Shown here: in pieces, positions 56,166-64,000 of the stretch
How positions within the stretch are numbered: position 1 is the first letter of the stretch
How the letters are laid out: each line of letters opens with the position of its first letter
DNA from: Syntrophorhabdaceae bacterium
GTDB taxonomy: Bacteria > Desulfobacterota > Syntrophorhabdia > Syntrophorhabdales > Syntrophorhabdaceae
NCBI GenBank assembly: GCA_963666485.2
Contig: CAXXUO010000001.1
Coordinates: forward strand, 928,001-992,000
Reading direction: 5' to 3'
Length of the DNA stretch: 64,000 nucleotides
Notes under the pieces: generated by a model
The model's input: the letters and a program-made list of their open reading frames with translations, nothing else
Told to the model about the DNA's origin: nothing
The model's database searches: none
Position numbers and translations under genes: made by a program

Positions 56166-58034
56166 ATGGAAAGCATTTTCGTCAGTATAGCCAGTTACCG
56201 CGACAATGAGCTGGACCGGACCATCACGGACTGTCTCGCCAAGGCGGCCCACCCGGAGAGGGTCTTCCTCGGGATCCACTGGCAGCACGACAATCATGAG
56301 TTCTCCGAGTACCTCTACAACTCCCGGGCGCGGGTCATCGAGACGGACTACCGCCGGTCACGGGGCGCCTGCTGGGCGCGCCACGAGGCGCAGAAGCTCT
56401 TCGACGGCGAGGACTACGTCCTGCAGATAGACAGCCATATGCGGTTTGTTCACGGCTGGGACCTTATCTGCACAGACGGCATACGGGACCTTCAGCAAAA
56501 GGGGAACCCGAAGGTTATCATCTCGAACCTCATGCCCTCTTACGACCCCGAAGATGACCAGAACCTGCCGCAGCGTTACCTGACCTACAAGCTGGGCCCC
56601 TTCAATGAGGCGGGCTCCATACAGCTGAAAGCGTCGATCGTCTCCCATCCGCCCCGGGAACGCTTCAGCCCCGGATATTCGATATCAGCTGCCTTTCTCT
56701 TCAGCATAGGCGACCTTTACCGGGACGTCATCATCGATCCCGACCTTTACTTCGAGGGTGAAGAGATATCCTATGCGGTCAGGGCCTATACGTACGGCTA
56801 CGACATCTACCACTGCCACTATCCCATCGTTTATCACTATTACCTGCGCAAGCCCGACCGTAAGCACTGGGACGACCACGGCGACTGGGGGGACAGGTCC
56901 GTCAGGGCAAAGAACCGCATGCGAAGCCTGCTCATGGGTACCGGGGAGGTCCCCGACCTTGGGCCTTACGGCCTCGGGCCGGAAAGGTCGCTCAAAGAGT
57001 ACGAGTTGGCGGCGGGGGTTGATTTCAAGAACCGCACCGTCAGAACCCCGGGCGCGCCGCCGCCCTTGCCGGGCCGGCCGGCTATACGGGCAAAGCTCTC
57101 GTCGGGCAGGATAGGGACCGCCCAGGTCGATCCCTTTTCCTACTGTAACGCCAGGTGCTGGTTCTGCCCCGTACGATACGACCCGCAGCCCCCTGATGCG
57201 CGGCGGCACATGCCGATCGGGCTCTTCGAGAAGATAATTGCCGACCTGTGCCGGGAGAGGGACAACGGTGGGCTCGTCGCCCCCGGGTTCAACTTTATTT
57301 ACACGGCGCATTACAACGAGATCCTTCTTTACCGGCACCTTGCAGAGATGTTCGAAGTGCTGAGGCGATACGGCTTAAGGAGCATGGTCCTCACCAACGG
57401 GATCGCCCTCACCAAGAAAAAGGCAGATCTCCTGGCCAAATACGATGATGTCGTCGGCGGGCAGGTGTGCATCAACATAAGCGCGTTTGAGCGGGACAGG
57501 TGGATAGGGAACACGATCGGGGAGAATGGCGCGAAGCTTTCCTCGAAGCGTGCTGCATTTTACCGCACCATGGAAAACATTGAATATGCGGCAAAAAAAC
57601 TGGGTGGCGTGTCCATCCAGCTCAACGAACCGGACAGGAAAGAAGCCGACAGGCAGGCTGCCATCGCACGGCGCATGTTCCCGTCGGTCAATGTCCGCAT
57701 AATCGATACCCTTTCCGACAGGGCCGGGGCGCTCCACGACAAGGGTGTCCTTTCCAACCGGGAGGAGATCGAGAGCAAACGCTCCGGGAAGACTGCGGTC
57801 GTCGGATGCGCCAACACCTTCACGGGTATCGACGGCCGTCACTACGGCTGGCTCCACGTCAATGCCCTCGGGAAGGGCATATTGTGCTGCAACGATTACC
57901 GTTTTGACTACGCGTTCGGGGACCTGGCGAACAATTCGTTGCGGGACGTGTGGCTCTCCGAAAGTCACGTTGACGCGATCGAAAGATCCTTCCGGGAAAT
58001 ATGCACCCATTGCAACATGGCGGTCTGGGAATAG
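56166..58034 (+). CDS. Fusion: GT60/Gnt1-like GlcNAc transferase + radical SAM domain with Twitch/SPASM-type C-terminus
   Basis: IFVSIASYRD, SRGACWAR, LQIDSHMRF..GWD, FEGEEI...RAYTYGYD, YGLG..RSLKEY; then CNARCWFC and GC...LCCND..FGDL..LRDVW..CTHC. ATG directly follows the PAAR stop. Confidence 0.82.
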   Translation: MESIFVSIASYRDNELDRTITDCLAKAAHPERVFLGIHWQHDNHEFSEYLYNSRARVIETDYRRSRGACWARHEAQKLFDGEDYVLQIDSHMRFVHGWDLICTDGIRDLQQKGNPKVIISNLMPSYDPEDDQNLPQRYLTYKLGPFNEAGSIQLKASIVSHPPRERFSPGYSISAAFLFSIGDLYRDVIIDPDLYFEGEEISYAVRAYTYGYDIYHCHYPIVYHYYLRKPDRKHWDDHGDWGDRSVRAKNRMRSLLMGTGEVPDLGPYGLGPERSLKEYELAAGVDFKNRTVRTPGAPPPLPGRPAIRAKLSSGRIGTAQVDPFSYCNARCWFCPVRYDPQPPDARRHMPIGLFEKIIADLCRERDNGGLVAPGFNFIYTAHYNEILLYRHLAEMFEVLRRYGLRSMVLTNGIALTKKKADLLAKYDDVVGGQVCINISAFERDRWIGNTIGENGAKLSSKRAAFYRTMENIEYAAKKLGGVSIQLNEPDRKEADRQAAIARRMFPSVNVRIIDTLSDRAGALHDKGVLSNREEIESKRSGKTAVVGCANTFTGIDGRHYGWLHVNALGKGILCCNDYRFDYAFGDLANNSLRDVWLSESHVDAIERSFREICTHCNMAVWE

Positions 58035-58084
58035 AAGGACGGGGGAATGGGTAATGGGCCCGGGGAACGGGGGCAAACGAGGAA

Positions 58085-58112
58085 TTGACTTTGAACATGA
58101 GATTTGTATAGT
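58085..58112 (+). promoter_or_regulatory. Possible sigma70 promoter
   Basis: TTGACT-N16-TATAGT upstream of 58151. Confidence 0.4.
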
Positions 58113-58150
58113 GTTTTATATCAGGATGTCTGAAATTTCCGGAGGGAAAA

Positions 58151-58927
58151 ATGGGTAAAAGGGTTTGGATCACGGCTCTTGCGAAGGACGAGGCCAAAAT
58201 AGCCGGGCTTATGGGGTCGCTCAAGAAGTACGGGCTCGCCGCTGACGGACATTTCTGGGTGGACGATATCAAGAATATGGCCTGGCAGGCAGCAGCCGAG
58301 GAGCTCCTTAAGGCGGATACTGCCCTGTGGCTCATCGCCGGAGAAGGCGAGGACCTGAAAAAAGCATCTGTTGCATACGGCCTTTCTCTTCTTGCCATGA
58401 AGGTCTATGCATCCAAGGGCGAATCTTTCCCGGTCATATTCGCACCTTCAGCCGATCTTCCCGCGGGATTCGAGCTGCCTACCCTGCTTAAAGGCGCAGA
58501 AACCATTCCTCTTTCCAATGCCTCCCTCGGGGTAAAGGCGGTTTCCCTTGCCAATACACCGGTGAAAAAGATCGATAAAGACTATCATCTCAACGTTCAC
58601 GGCCTTCCCGGCATCGGCCTGTGGCTTGAGGCAGGACCGTCCTCGATCGAATGGCAGGGTGCGATGTTCGGCGTGCATGGCGCCGAGATCGATTTTCATG
58701 GCGTGGGGCCTTCGAACGGCGTCCCCGAAAGGGCCGTCCTCGAATATGCCCAGAAAGGGCTCAAGATCCAGCTCGGCGATGACGAGTTCACCGCGTGGGC
58801 TATCCAGAACAAGCTTGAGCCCGGGATGTCGTACTACGTCCGCGTCCAGGGAATCCCCGACGGGCTGCTCTTCGGCCCCTATGCCCAGACCGAAGAGGCG
58901 GAAGTACACGTGATAAGGCTGTTTTAA
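58151..58927 (+). CDS. Hypothetical protein (N-terminus possibly a TIR-like fold)
   Basis: RBS GGAGGG, long ORF with typical codon usage; alpha/beta pattern reminiscent of TIR. Confidence 0.7.
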   Translation: MGKRVWITALAKDEAKIAGLMGSLKKYGLAADGHFWVDDIKNMAWQAAAEELLKADTALWLIAGEGEDLKKASVAYGLSLLAMKVYASKGESFPVIFAPSADLPAGFELPTLLKGAETIPLSNASLGVKAVSLANTPVKKIDKDYHLNVHGLPGIGLWLEAGPSSIEWQGAMFGVHGAEIDFHGVGPSNGVPERAVLEYAQKGLKIQLGDDEFTAWAIQNKLEPGMSYYVRVQGIPDGLLFGPYAQTEEAEVHVIRLF

Positions 58928-59108
58928 ATTCTTATTTTTCCGCTCGAAAGGTTTCGTCGAATGTTACGGTCCCGACAGGCCAGCCATTATCTTTGCTTCA
59001 CATTTCCCGGTCGGGATAATTTTCCCCAAAAACATGCCGACTTGTACTATATTTATGGTCAATTGTCTGTGTAAACGGTAATGATACCCCATAGAAAGAG
59101 GAGAACAC

Positions 59109-59666
59109 ATGCCGCCTGTCAACAAATTCCCTCACCTTACGGGAAGAGATGATTGCGTCCTCGTTGTCATTGACGTGCAGGAAAAACTCATGCCTGTTAT
59201 TCATGACAGGGACGAGGTTATCCGGAATACCGCAACGCTTGTGCAATTTTGCGCCATAACGGGGATACCCGTCATTTTCACCGAGCAGCAAAAATTGGGG
59301 CCGACCCTTTCTGCCGTACGGGAATTGGCAGCTGATTTCGGTGCCATTGAAAAGGTGCATTTCAACTGTTTCCTGAACCCCGCGTTCTCGGACATGGTGG
59401 CTCGAACGGGAAAAAGAACGATCATCCTCGCTGGCGCCGAAGCACACATTTGTGTTGCCCAGACCGCCCTGTCGATAATTGCCGACCGGCCGGTGCATGT
59501 TATATCCGACGCCGTTTCATCACGCACCCCCGCCAATAAGTCCGTTGCCCTGGCACGGATGCGCGACGCCGGCGTCATCATCACGTCCACCGAGATGTTC
59601 ATCTACGAGATACTCGTTCAAGCCGGTACAGCGGAGTTCAAGTCGGTCTTGCCCCTCGTAAAATAA
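59109..59666 (+). CDS. Isochorismatase family cysteine hydrolase
   Basis: LVVIDVQEKL, TEQ, IEK, GAEAHICVAQT, DAVSSR. Confidence 0.9.
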   Translation: MPPVNKFPHLTGRDDCVLVVIDVQEKLMPVIHDRDEVIRNTATLVQFCAITGIPVIFTEQQKLGPTLSAVRELAADFGAIEKVHFNCFLNPAFSDMVARTGKRTIILAGAEAHICVAQTALSIIADRPVHVISDAVSSRTPANKSVALARMRDAGVIITSTEMFIYEILVQAGTAEFKSVLPLVK

Positions 59667-59723
59667 CCACTGGTTCTTCCCATATTTTTGACATTTCTCC
59701 GGCTTTTGCTCCGGAATCCTGCG

Positions 59724-61082
59724 GATAGTGTCAAGAATCTTTCGCACTTTCCATAGCAACCCCACTAATCCGGTTATGCCTTAATGCTCTCGATGATCTC
59801 CTGCTCAAGCCGGTCCATTTTCAGGTACTGGCTCATTCCCCATTTGGTTCCCGCTATGTGCCTTAGCCGGGCAGCCACGAGCATGAGTGCCGACCTGCCG
59901 TCAGGGAACGACCCGACGACCCGTGTGCGCCGTCTGATCTCCTTCATGATCCGCTCCAGGGGGTTGTTGGTCCTGATCCTCCTCCAGTGCTCGCGGGGGA
60001 ACCCGTAATAGCCGAGCGTCTCGTGGATCCCCTCGTTCAGCATGTCCGCGGCCCTGCCGAGTTTCATCTCCTTGAGCTTCTTCACCACCGCCTCCGCTTT
60101 CTTCTGCGCTTCTTTCCTGTCCTCCTGGGCATGGATCGCCGTGAGCATGGCGACGACCTCCTTGATCTTCCCCCTGGGCACGACGGTGAACACGTTCCGG
60201 TAGAAGTGGACAACGCACCTCTGCCATGAGGCGTCGGGGTAGAACAGGGCGAGACTCTCGACGAGGCCCAGGCACTTGTCGGATATGAAGAGCTCCACAC
60301 CCTTGAGCCCGCGCTCTTTGAGGTAGCGCAGGAAGGATGTCCAGCTGTCCTTGTCCTCCCGCGCACCCTCGGCCACACCCAGGATCTCCCGGTAGCCTTC
60401 GCGGTTCACCCCTATCGCTACAAGGACCGATACGCTCCTGACCTCCCCGCCCCAGGTCCTCTTGAGCGCTATCCCGTCGAGGTAGACGTAGGGATGCTCA
60501 CCTTCGATGGGGCTTAATCTCCACTGCTCGATCGTGGTGTATATCTTTGCGTTGAGGTTCGAGACGGTGCCGGGGCTCACCTTCGTGCCCCAGAGGGCCT
60601 CCGTGATGTCCTCGACCCTCCTTACCGACACCCCGGCCAGGTACATCTCGACGAGGGCCTCTTCCACGGATGATTCCCTTCTTTTGTACCGTTCGATGAT
60701 CGCGGTCTCGAAGGGAAGCGACCTCAGCTTGGGCATCTTGATGTCCACCTCCCCCGCCTTCGTCTGGAGGGTTCGGGTATAATGGCCCGCCCGTGTGTCC
60801 CTGCGTTCCTCCGTGCGCTCGTACCTCTGTGCGTTGCACAGGCGGGACGCCTCTTCATCGAGAAGTGCATTGAGCGTCTCCTGCACCGTTCCCCTTACGA
60901 TCTCTCCCAGGTGGTCCTTTATCTGCGCCTCATTAATCTGGATTATCGTGCCGCCTTCTGTGGTAGACTCTTTCTGGGCCATGGTTCTTCCTCCCTCTGG
61001 TTTTTGTTTTGTGTGGTGCTTAACACTACCAGATTCGAGGTTGCCATGGCTCTTAAATGTGCGAAAAATATTTTACGTTATC
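59724..61082 (-). mobile_element. IS256-family insertion sequence, 1359 bp
   Basis: Imperfect terminal IRs GATAGTGTCAAGAATCTTTCGCAC / GATAACGTAAAATATTTTTCGCAC; 8-bp direct repeat ATCCTGCG at 59716-59723 and 61083-61090. Confidence 0.95.
59774..60982 (-). CDS. IS256-family (Mutator-type) transposase
   Basis: MYLAGVSVRRV, VYLDG, GYREILG, WQRCVVHFYRN, IRTNNPLER. Confidence 0.95.
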   Translation of the reverse strand: MAQKESTTEGGTIIQINEAQIKDHLGEIVRGTVQETLNALLDEEASRLCNAQRYERTEERRDTRAGHYTRTLQTKAGEVDIKMPKLRSLPFETAIIERYKRRESSVEEALVEMYLAGVSVRRVEDITEALWGTKVSPGTVSNLNAKIYTTIEQWRLSPIEGEHPYVYLDGIALKRTWGGEVRSVSVLVAIGVNREGYREILGVAEGAREDKDSWTSFLRYLKERGLKGVELFISDKCLGLVESLALFYPDASWQRCVVHFYRNVFTVVPRGKIKEVVAMLTAIHAQEDRKEAQKKAEAVVKKLKEMKLGRAADMLNEGIHETLGYYGFPREHWRRIRTNNPLERIMKEIRRRTRVVGSFPDGRSALMLVAARLRHIAGTKWGMSQYLKMDRLEQEIIESIKA

Positions 61083-61121
61083 ATCCTGCGTCTTTAAGAA
61101 GCGAAAAAAACAAAGACACTA

Positions 61122-61144
61122 GATTCCCGCTTCGCGGGAATGAC
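61122..61144. repeat. REP-like palindrome
   Basis: GATTCCCGCTTCGCGGGAATGAC, same GAT..CC-loop-GG..ATGAC layout as the 18914-19063 repeats. Confidence 0.55.
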
Positions 61145-61200
61145 GGGGAATGATGATCGTGCCCGAAAAGGAAGTGACAAAACATGCGAGGATGGCAATT

Positions 61201-61234
61201 AAAAAGGGCCGCGAATTTCGCGGCCCCGTTTTTT
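61201..61234. terminator. Bidirectional rho-independent terminator
   Basis: AAAAA-GGGCCGCGAA-T-TTCGCGGCCC-CG-TTTTTT. Confidence 0.75.
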
Positions 61235-61292
61235 CCTTTAGCCTTTAGCCTTTAGCCTTTAGCCGTTAGCCGTTAGCCGTTAGCCGTTAGCC
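61235..61292. repeat. Heptamer tandem repeat (CCTTTAG)4(CCGTTAG)4
   Basis: Read directly from the sequence. Confidence 0.9.
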
Positions 61293-61297
61293 TATTT

Positions 61298-62545
61298 TTA
61301 TTTCACATAAACCAGGTCGGTCGATAAAAAACTCCCGCCCTTGTTCGTTTTTGCCCAGCTGGCATCCACACCGAAGAGCTCTTCCACCTGAAGCTCGCCT
61401 TTGAAGGCACCTTTTTTCCGCCCGAGGGGCTGCTTCGTCTTCGGATCGATGACCTCTTCACCCGGGGCATAAACCTCGAGCAGTTTTCCTTTTTCCAGGC
61501 CCGAGAGCCTCCCTGCGTTTATGTATACCTTCGTCCCGTCCACGGATGCGATCCTCGAATGCCAATCCAGGGAAAGGACCGTCTTGAGGATGTCCTCGGC
61601 TATCATTTCAATAGCAAGGTCGATCGCCTTGATCTTCGCCTTCTCGGAGCTGAGGTCGCCTTTCTCGCGTGATAACGATATCGGGTTCCTGCCTGAAAGC
61701 TGTTTCATCGTCTGGCCTGTTTCCGTGTTGAAAATATCGATGGCCAGCTTCGACATTGCAAAGGATGTCTCTTTTTCTTCCTTGCCCTCTATCCTCGAGG
61801 AGCTCGTATATACATCGGAAAGTGTCGTCTTGAGGATGGCCTGTATTCCAAAATCGGCGTTCATCTTTCGCCCGTTTGCAGCATCAAGATATGAACCCCT
61901 GATGTTCAGCGTGTTCGGGTCGACGCATATGACCGTTCCCGTGCTTTCAAGCCGCGAGATGATGCGCTTCGTGGCAAGTTCTCCCAGGCCTTCGGATTTG
62001 TAGTTGGTATTGTCTATCACGGGCAGGACAATGATCCGCCGTTTCATTTTCGGCGACGGGTATTCAAAGGATATCAGCCCCGGCATGTAACCTAATCCGA
62101 CGGGAATATAGCCCATCTGGGTAGGATAGACGTTGCCCGGCTGAATGCCTTTCTTTTTCATCTCTTCTTCAAGCTTGGCTATCCTTTTTTCGAGCTCTTC
62201 CCGTTCCTTCTTGCTCGGTGCGCTTCCGCCGACACTGAAAGAAAGCGCCTCCCCGATGCCCGGGCTGTACTGGTCCTTCCGTATCCACACGTAGGCCGGT
62301 TCATAGGGGGTGAGCATGTATTTGCGGTTACGGACATAAATATACTCGACACCGTCGATGACCTTTATGTCACCTAACTGCGGCTCTTTTGTTTCTTCAG
62401 CATCGGCACGGGACGATCTTTTTGCGGTCGGAGAATCGCTCTTGCCGGCGGTCTTCGATGGGTCTTCATCCTTTTTCTTGCCGAAAGGCATGTAACTGCA
62501 GGAAACGAGTGACAGGGCTAACAAAATCAGAATTATCTTTCGCAT
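61298..62545 (-). CDS. Lipoprotein with CsgG/FlgT-like domains
   Basis: MRKIILILLALSLVSC lipobox; KRRIIVLPV; C-terminal VYINAGRLSGLEKG..LEVY. Confidence 0.7.
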   Translation of the reverse strand: MRKIILILLALSLVSCSYMPFGKKKDEDPSKTAGKSDSPTAKRSSRADAEETKEPQLGDIKVIDGVEYIYVRNRKYMLTPYEPAYVWIRKDQYSPGIGEALSFSVGGSAPSKKEREELEKRIAKLEEEMKKKGIQPGNVYPTQMGYIPVGLGYMPGLISFEYPSPKMKRRIIVLPVIDNTNYKSEGLGELATKRIISRLESTGTVICVDPNTLNIRGSYLDAANGRKMNADFGIQAILKTTLSDVYTSSSRIEGKEEKETSFAMSKLAIDIFNTETGQTMKQLSGRNPISLSREKGDLSSEKAKIKAIDLAIEMIAEDILKTVLSLDWHSRIASVDGTKVYINAGRLSGLEKGKLLEVYAPGEEVIDPKTKQPLGRKKGAFKGELQVEELFGVDASWAKTNKGGSFLSTDLVYVK

Positions 62546-62604
62546 CGTGTGATTATAAGGTAACACGAGAATAAATGTCAAATTATTACGCGTTTATTTT
62601 TGTG

Positions 62605-64000
62605 TTATACCTCGCCCTGAAAAAGCGGCAGTGAGAACGAGAAGGTGCTGCCCTTTCCCGGGGTGCTGTCAACCCATATGGCACCGCCGTGGCTCTCGAT
62701 GACCGACTTTACTATAAAAAGGCCAAGGCCGGTCCCTTCTTTTCTCGTTCCCAGCGTGCCCCTGTTATATCTTTGAAATATAAGGGGTATCTCTTTTTGG
62801 GGTATGCCAACCCCGCGGTCGGCGACCGAGACCACCACCATGGGGCCCTCCACGCGCGTATTCACGGTCACCTCGGCATCATCGGGCGAAAATTTGAGGG
62901 CATTGACAAGAAGGTTGATCATGACCCTCTCGATGTAATCCCTGTCCGCCAGGGCAAGCAGGTACCCGTCTTCTGAAAACTTCACACGGGGATACAGGTT
63001 CACGATCTCGCGAATTATCTCATTTATGTCGACAGGACGGATCGCGAATTCGATCTTTCCCGATTCTATCCGGGAAACGTTGAGGTAGTTCTCGACGAGA
63101 TGCTGAATTTTCGTCACGTTTTCATCTATATTTGCAAGCCTTTCCCTGAGGCCGCCTTCAACCGTACCATATTTCCCCTGCAATATGCGCTTGAGGAACC
63201 CTGATACCGGGACCAGGAAAGATTTTATATCGTGATTTACCGAGGAGACAAAATCCGCCTTGAACTCCTCTATTTTCTTTTCCGTCGAGATATCCTGCAA
63301 TACAAGGATGTGCCCCGGCGGCGCGTTCTCGAGCGACCACGGTGCCGAGAACACTTTCAGATACAAGGGTTCGTCGTGGTCCTTCCTGCCGATGACAAAT
63401 TCGTGGACTGCCGTGTGTTCATTCCCCGCTATCCGAAGCGAAGGGAATGCGTCCTGATAGCTGCTCCCGATCACATCCGAGGGGTCCTTACCCATTATTC
63501 TTGCCGCAGCCCCGTTGCAATAGATGATCATCCCGTCCCGGTCAACAGCGATAACGCCTTCGTCCAGCGTTTCGAGTATTGACAAGAACCGCATGCGGTC
63601 CTCGCGTATCGTCGCCGTCTTTTCCTCGAGCTCCGCATTGATGGCGCTTATCTTCTGCATATTGTCATTGATCGTTGCGGTGCGTTCCTGAACGGCCGCA
63701 GACATCTTGTTTATCGATGAGGCAACGAGCCCGAATTCCCGCATATGTATCCTGCTCTCATCGATGCGGGAATCGGTCTCGCCTCTTTCGATATGCCAGC
63801 ATGCGTTGAGGATGGCCTTGAGCGAAGGCCTGATGCCCCGCGTTATCAAGAACGTGATGATAATGACCGCAGACGTCGCAAGGATCGATATCGTGATGAA
63901 GACAAAAAGCAGCCTCTTCTTGAAAGGAAGGAATATATTTTCGCTCACGGCGATGCCGTAGGACCACTTCACGGACCTGTCGGTATTATAAGGCGAAGGC
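62605..64000 (-). CDS. Membrane sensor histidine kinase (HAMP-PAS-HisKA-HATPase), 5' partial
   Basis: TM, HAMP, PAS, SVNHDIKS, NLLVNALKF, DRGVGI, GTGLGL; frame stays open to the window edge. Confidence 0.9.
   Translation of the reverse strand, partial: PSPYNTDRSVKWSYGIAVSENIFLPFKKRLLFVFITISILATSAVIIITFLITRGIRPSLKAILNACWHIERGETDSRIDESRIHMREFGLVASSINKMSAAVQERTATINDNMQKISAINAELEEKTATIREDRMRFLSILETLDEGVIAVDRDGMIIYCNGAAARIMGKDPSDVIGSSYQDAFPSLRIAGNEHTAVHEFVIGRKDHDEPLYLKVFSAPWSLENAPPGHILVLQDISTEKKIEEFKADFVSSVNHDIKSFLVPVSGFLKRILQGKYGTVEGGLRERLANIDENVTKIQHLVENYLNVSRIESGKIEFAIRPVDINEIIREIVNLYPRVKFSEDGYLLALADRDYIERVMINLLVNALKFSPDDAEVTVNTRVEGPMVVVSVADRGVGIPQKEIPLIFQRYNRGTLGTRKEGTGLGLFIVKSVIESHGGAIWVDSTPGKGSTFSFSLPLFQGEV

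Overview
GC-rich bacterial window whose gene content (sigma54 regulators, HdrD-like protein, acyl-CoA pathways) looks like an anaerobic Desulfobacterota/Syntrophorhabdus-type organism; this taxonomy is an impression and was not verified. Left part (1-22 kb): two paralogous PAS histidine kinase + sigma54 response regulator pairs bracket a carboxylate-catabolism region (TRAP transporter, two acyl-CoA ligase + acyl-CoA dehydrogenase pairs, SatP-like channel). Four -24/-12 promoters are visible, three with tandem TGT-N11-ACA-like sites. The same part contains a RiPP-like cassette: a B12-dependent radical SAM enzyme of TIGR03975 type plus two signal-peptide-bearing VKxG-repeat proteins. Middle part (22-58 kb): a complete type VI secretion system (tssJKLMA-BC-hcp-hcp-EFGH), an extra TssB/TssC-like fusion, a cupin lipoprotein and three VgrGs with identical N-halves. 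One VgrG carries about 520 aa of mucin-like (VTPT[Q/E]T)n repeats. Downstream are a DUF2169-pentapeptide / pentapeptide / DUF3540 / DUF4150 module and a GT60-like GlcNAc-transferase fused to a radical SAM domain. The best novel-system candidate is a T6SS that glycosylates its own mucin-like spike. Right part: hypothetical protein, isochorismatase-family hydrolase, intact IS256 with an 8-bp target duplication, FlgT/CsgG-like lipoprotein and a partial histidine kinase. All family calls come from motif recognition by eye, without database searches.
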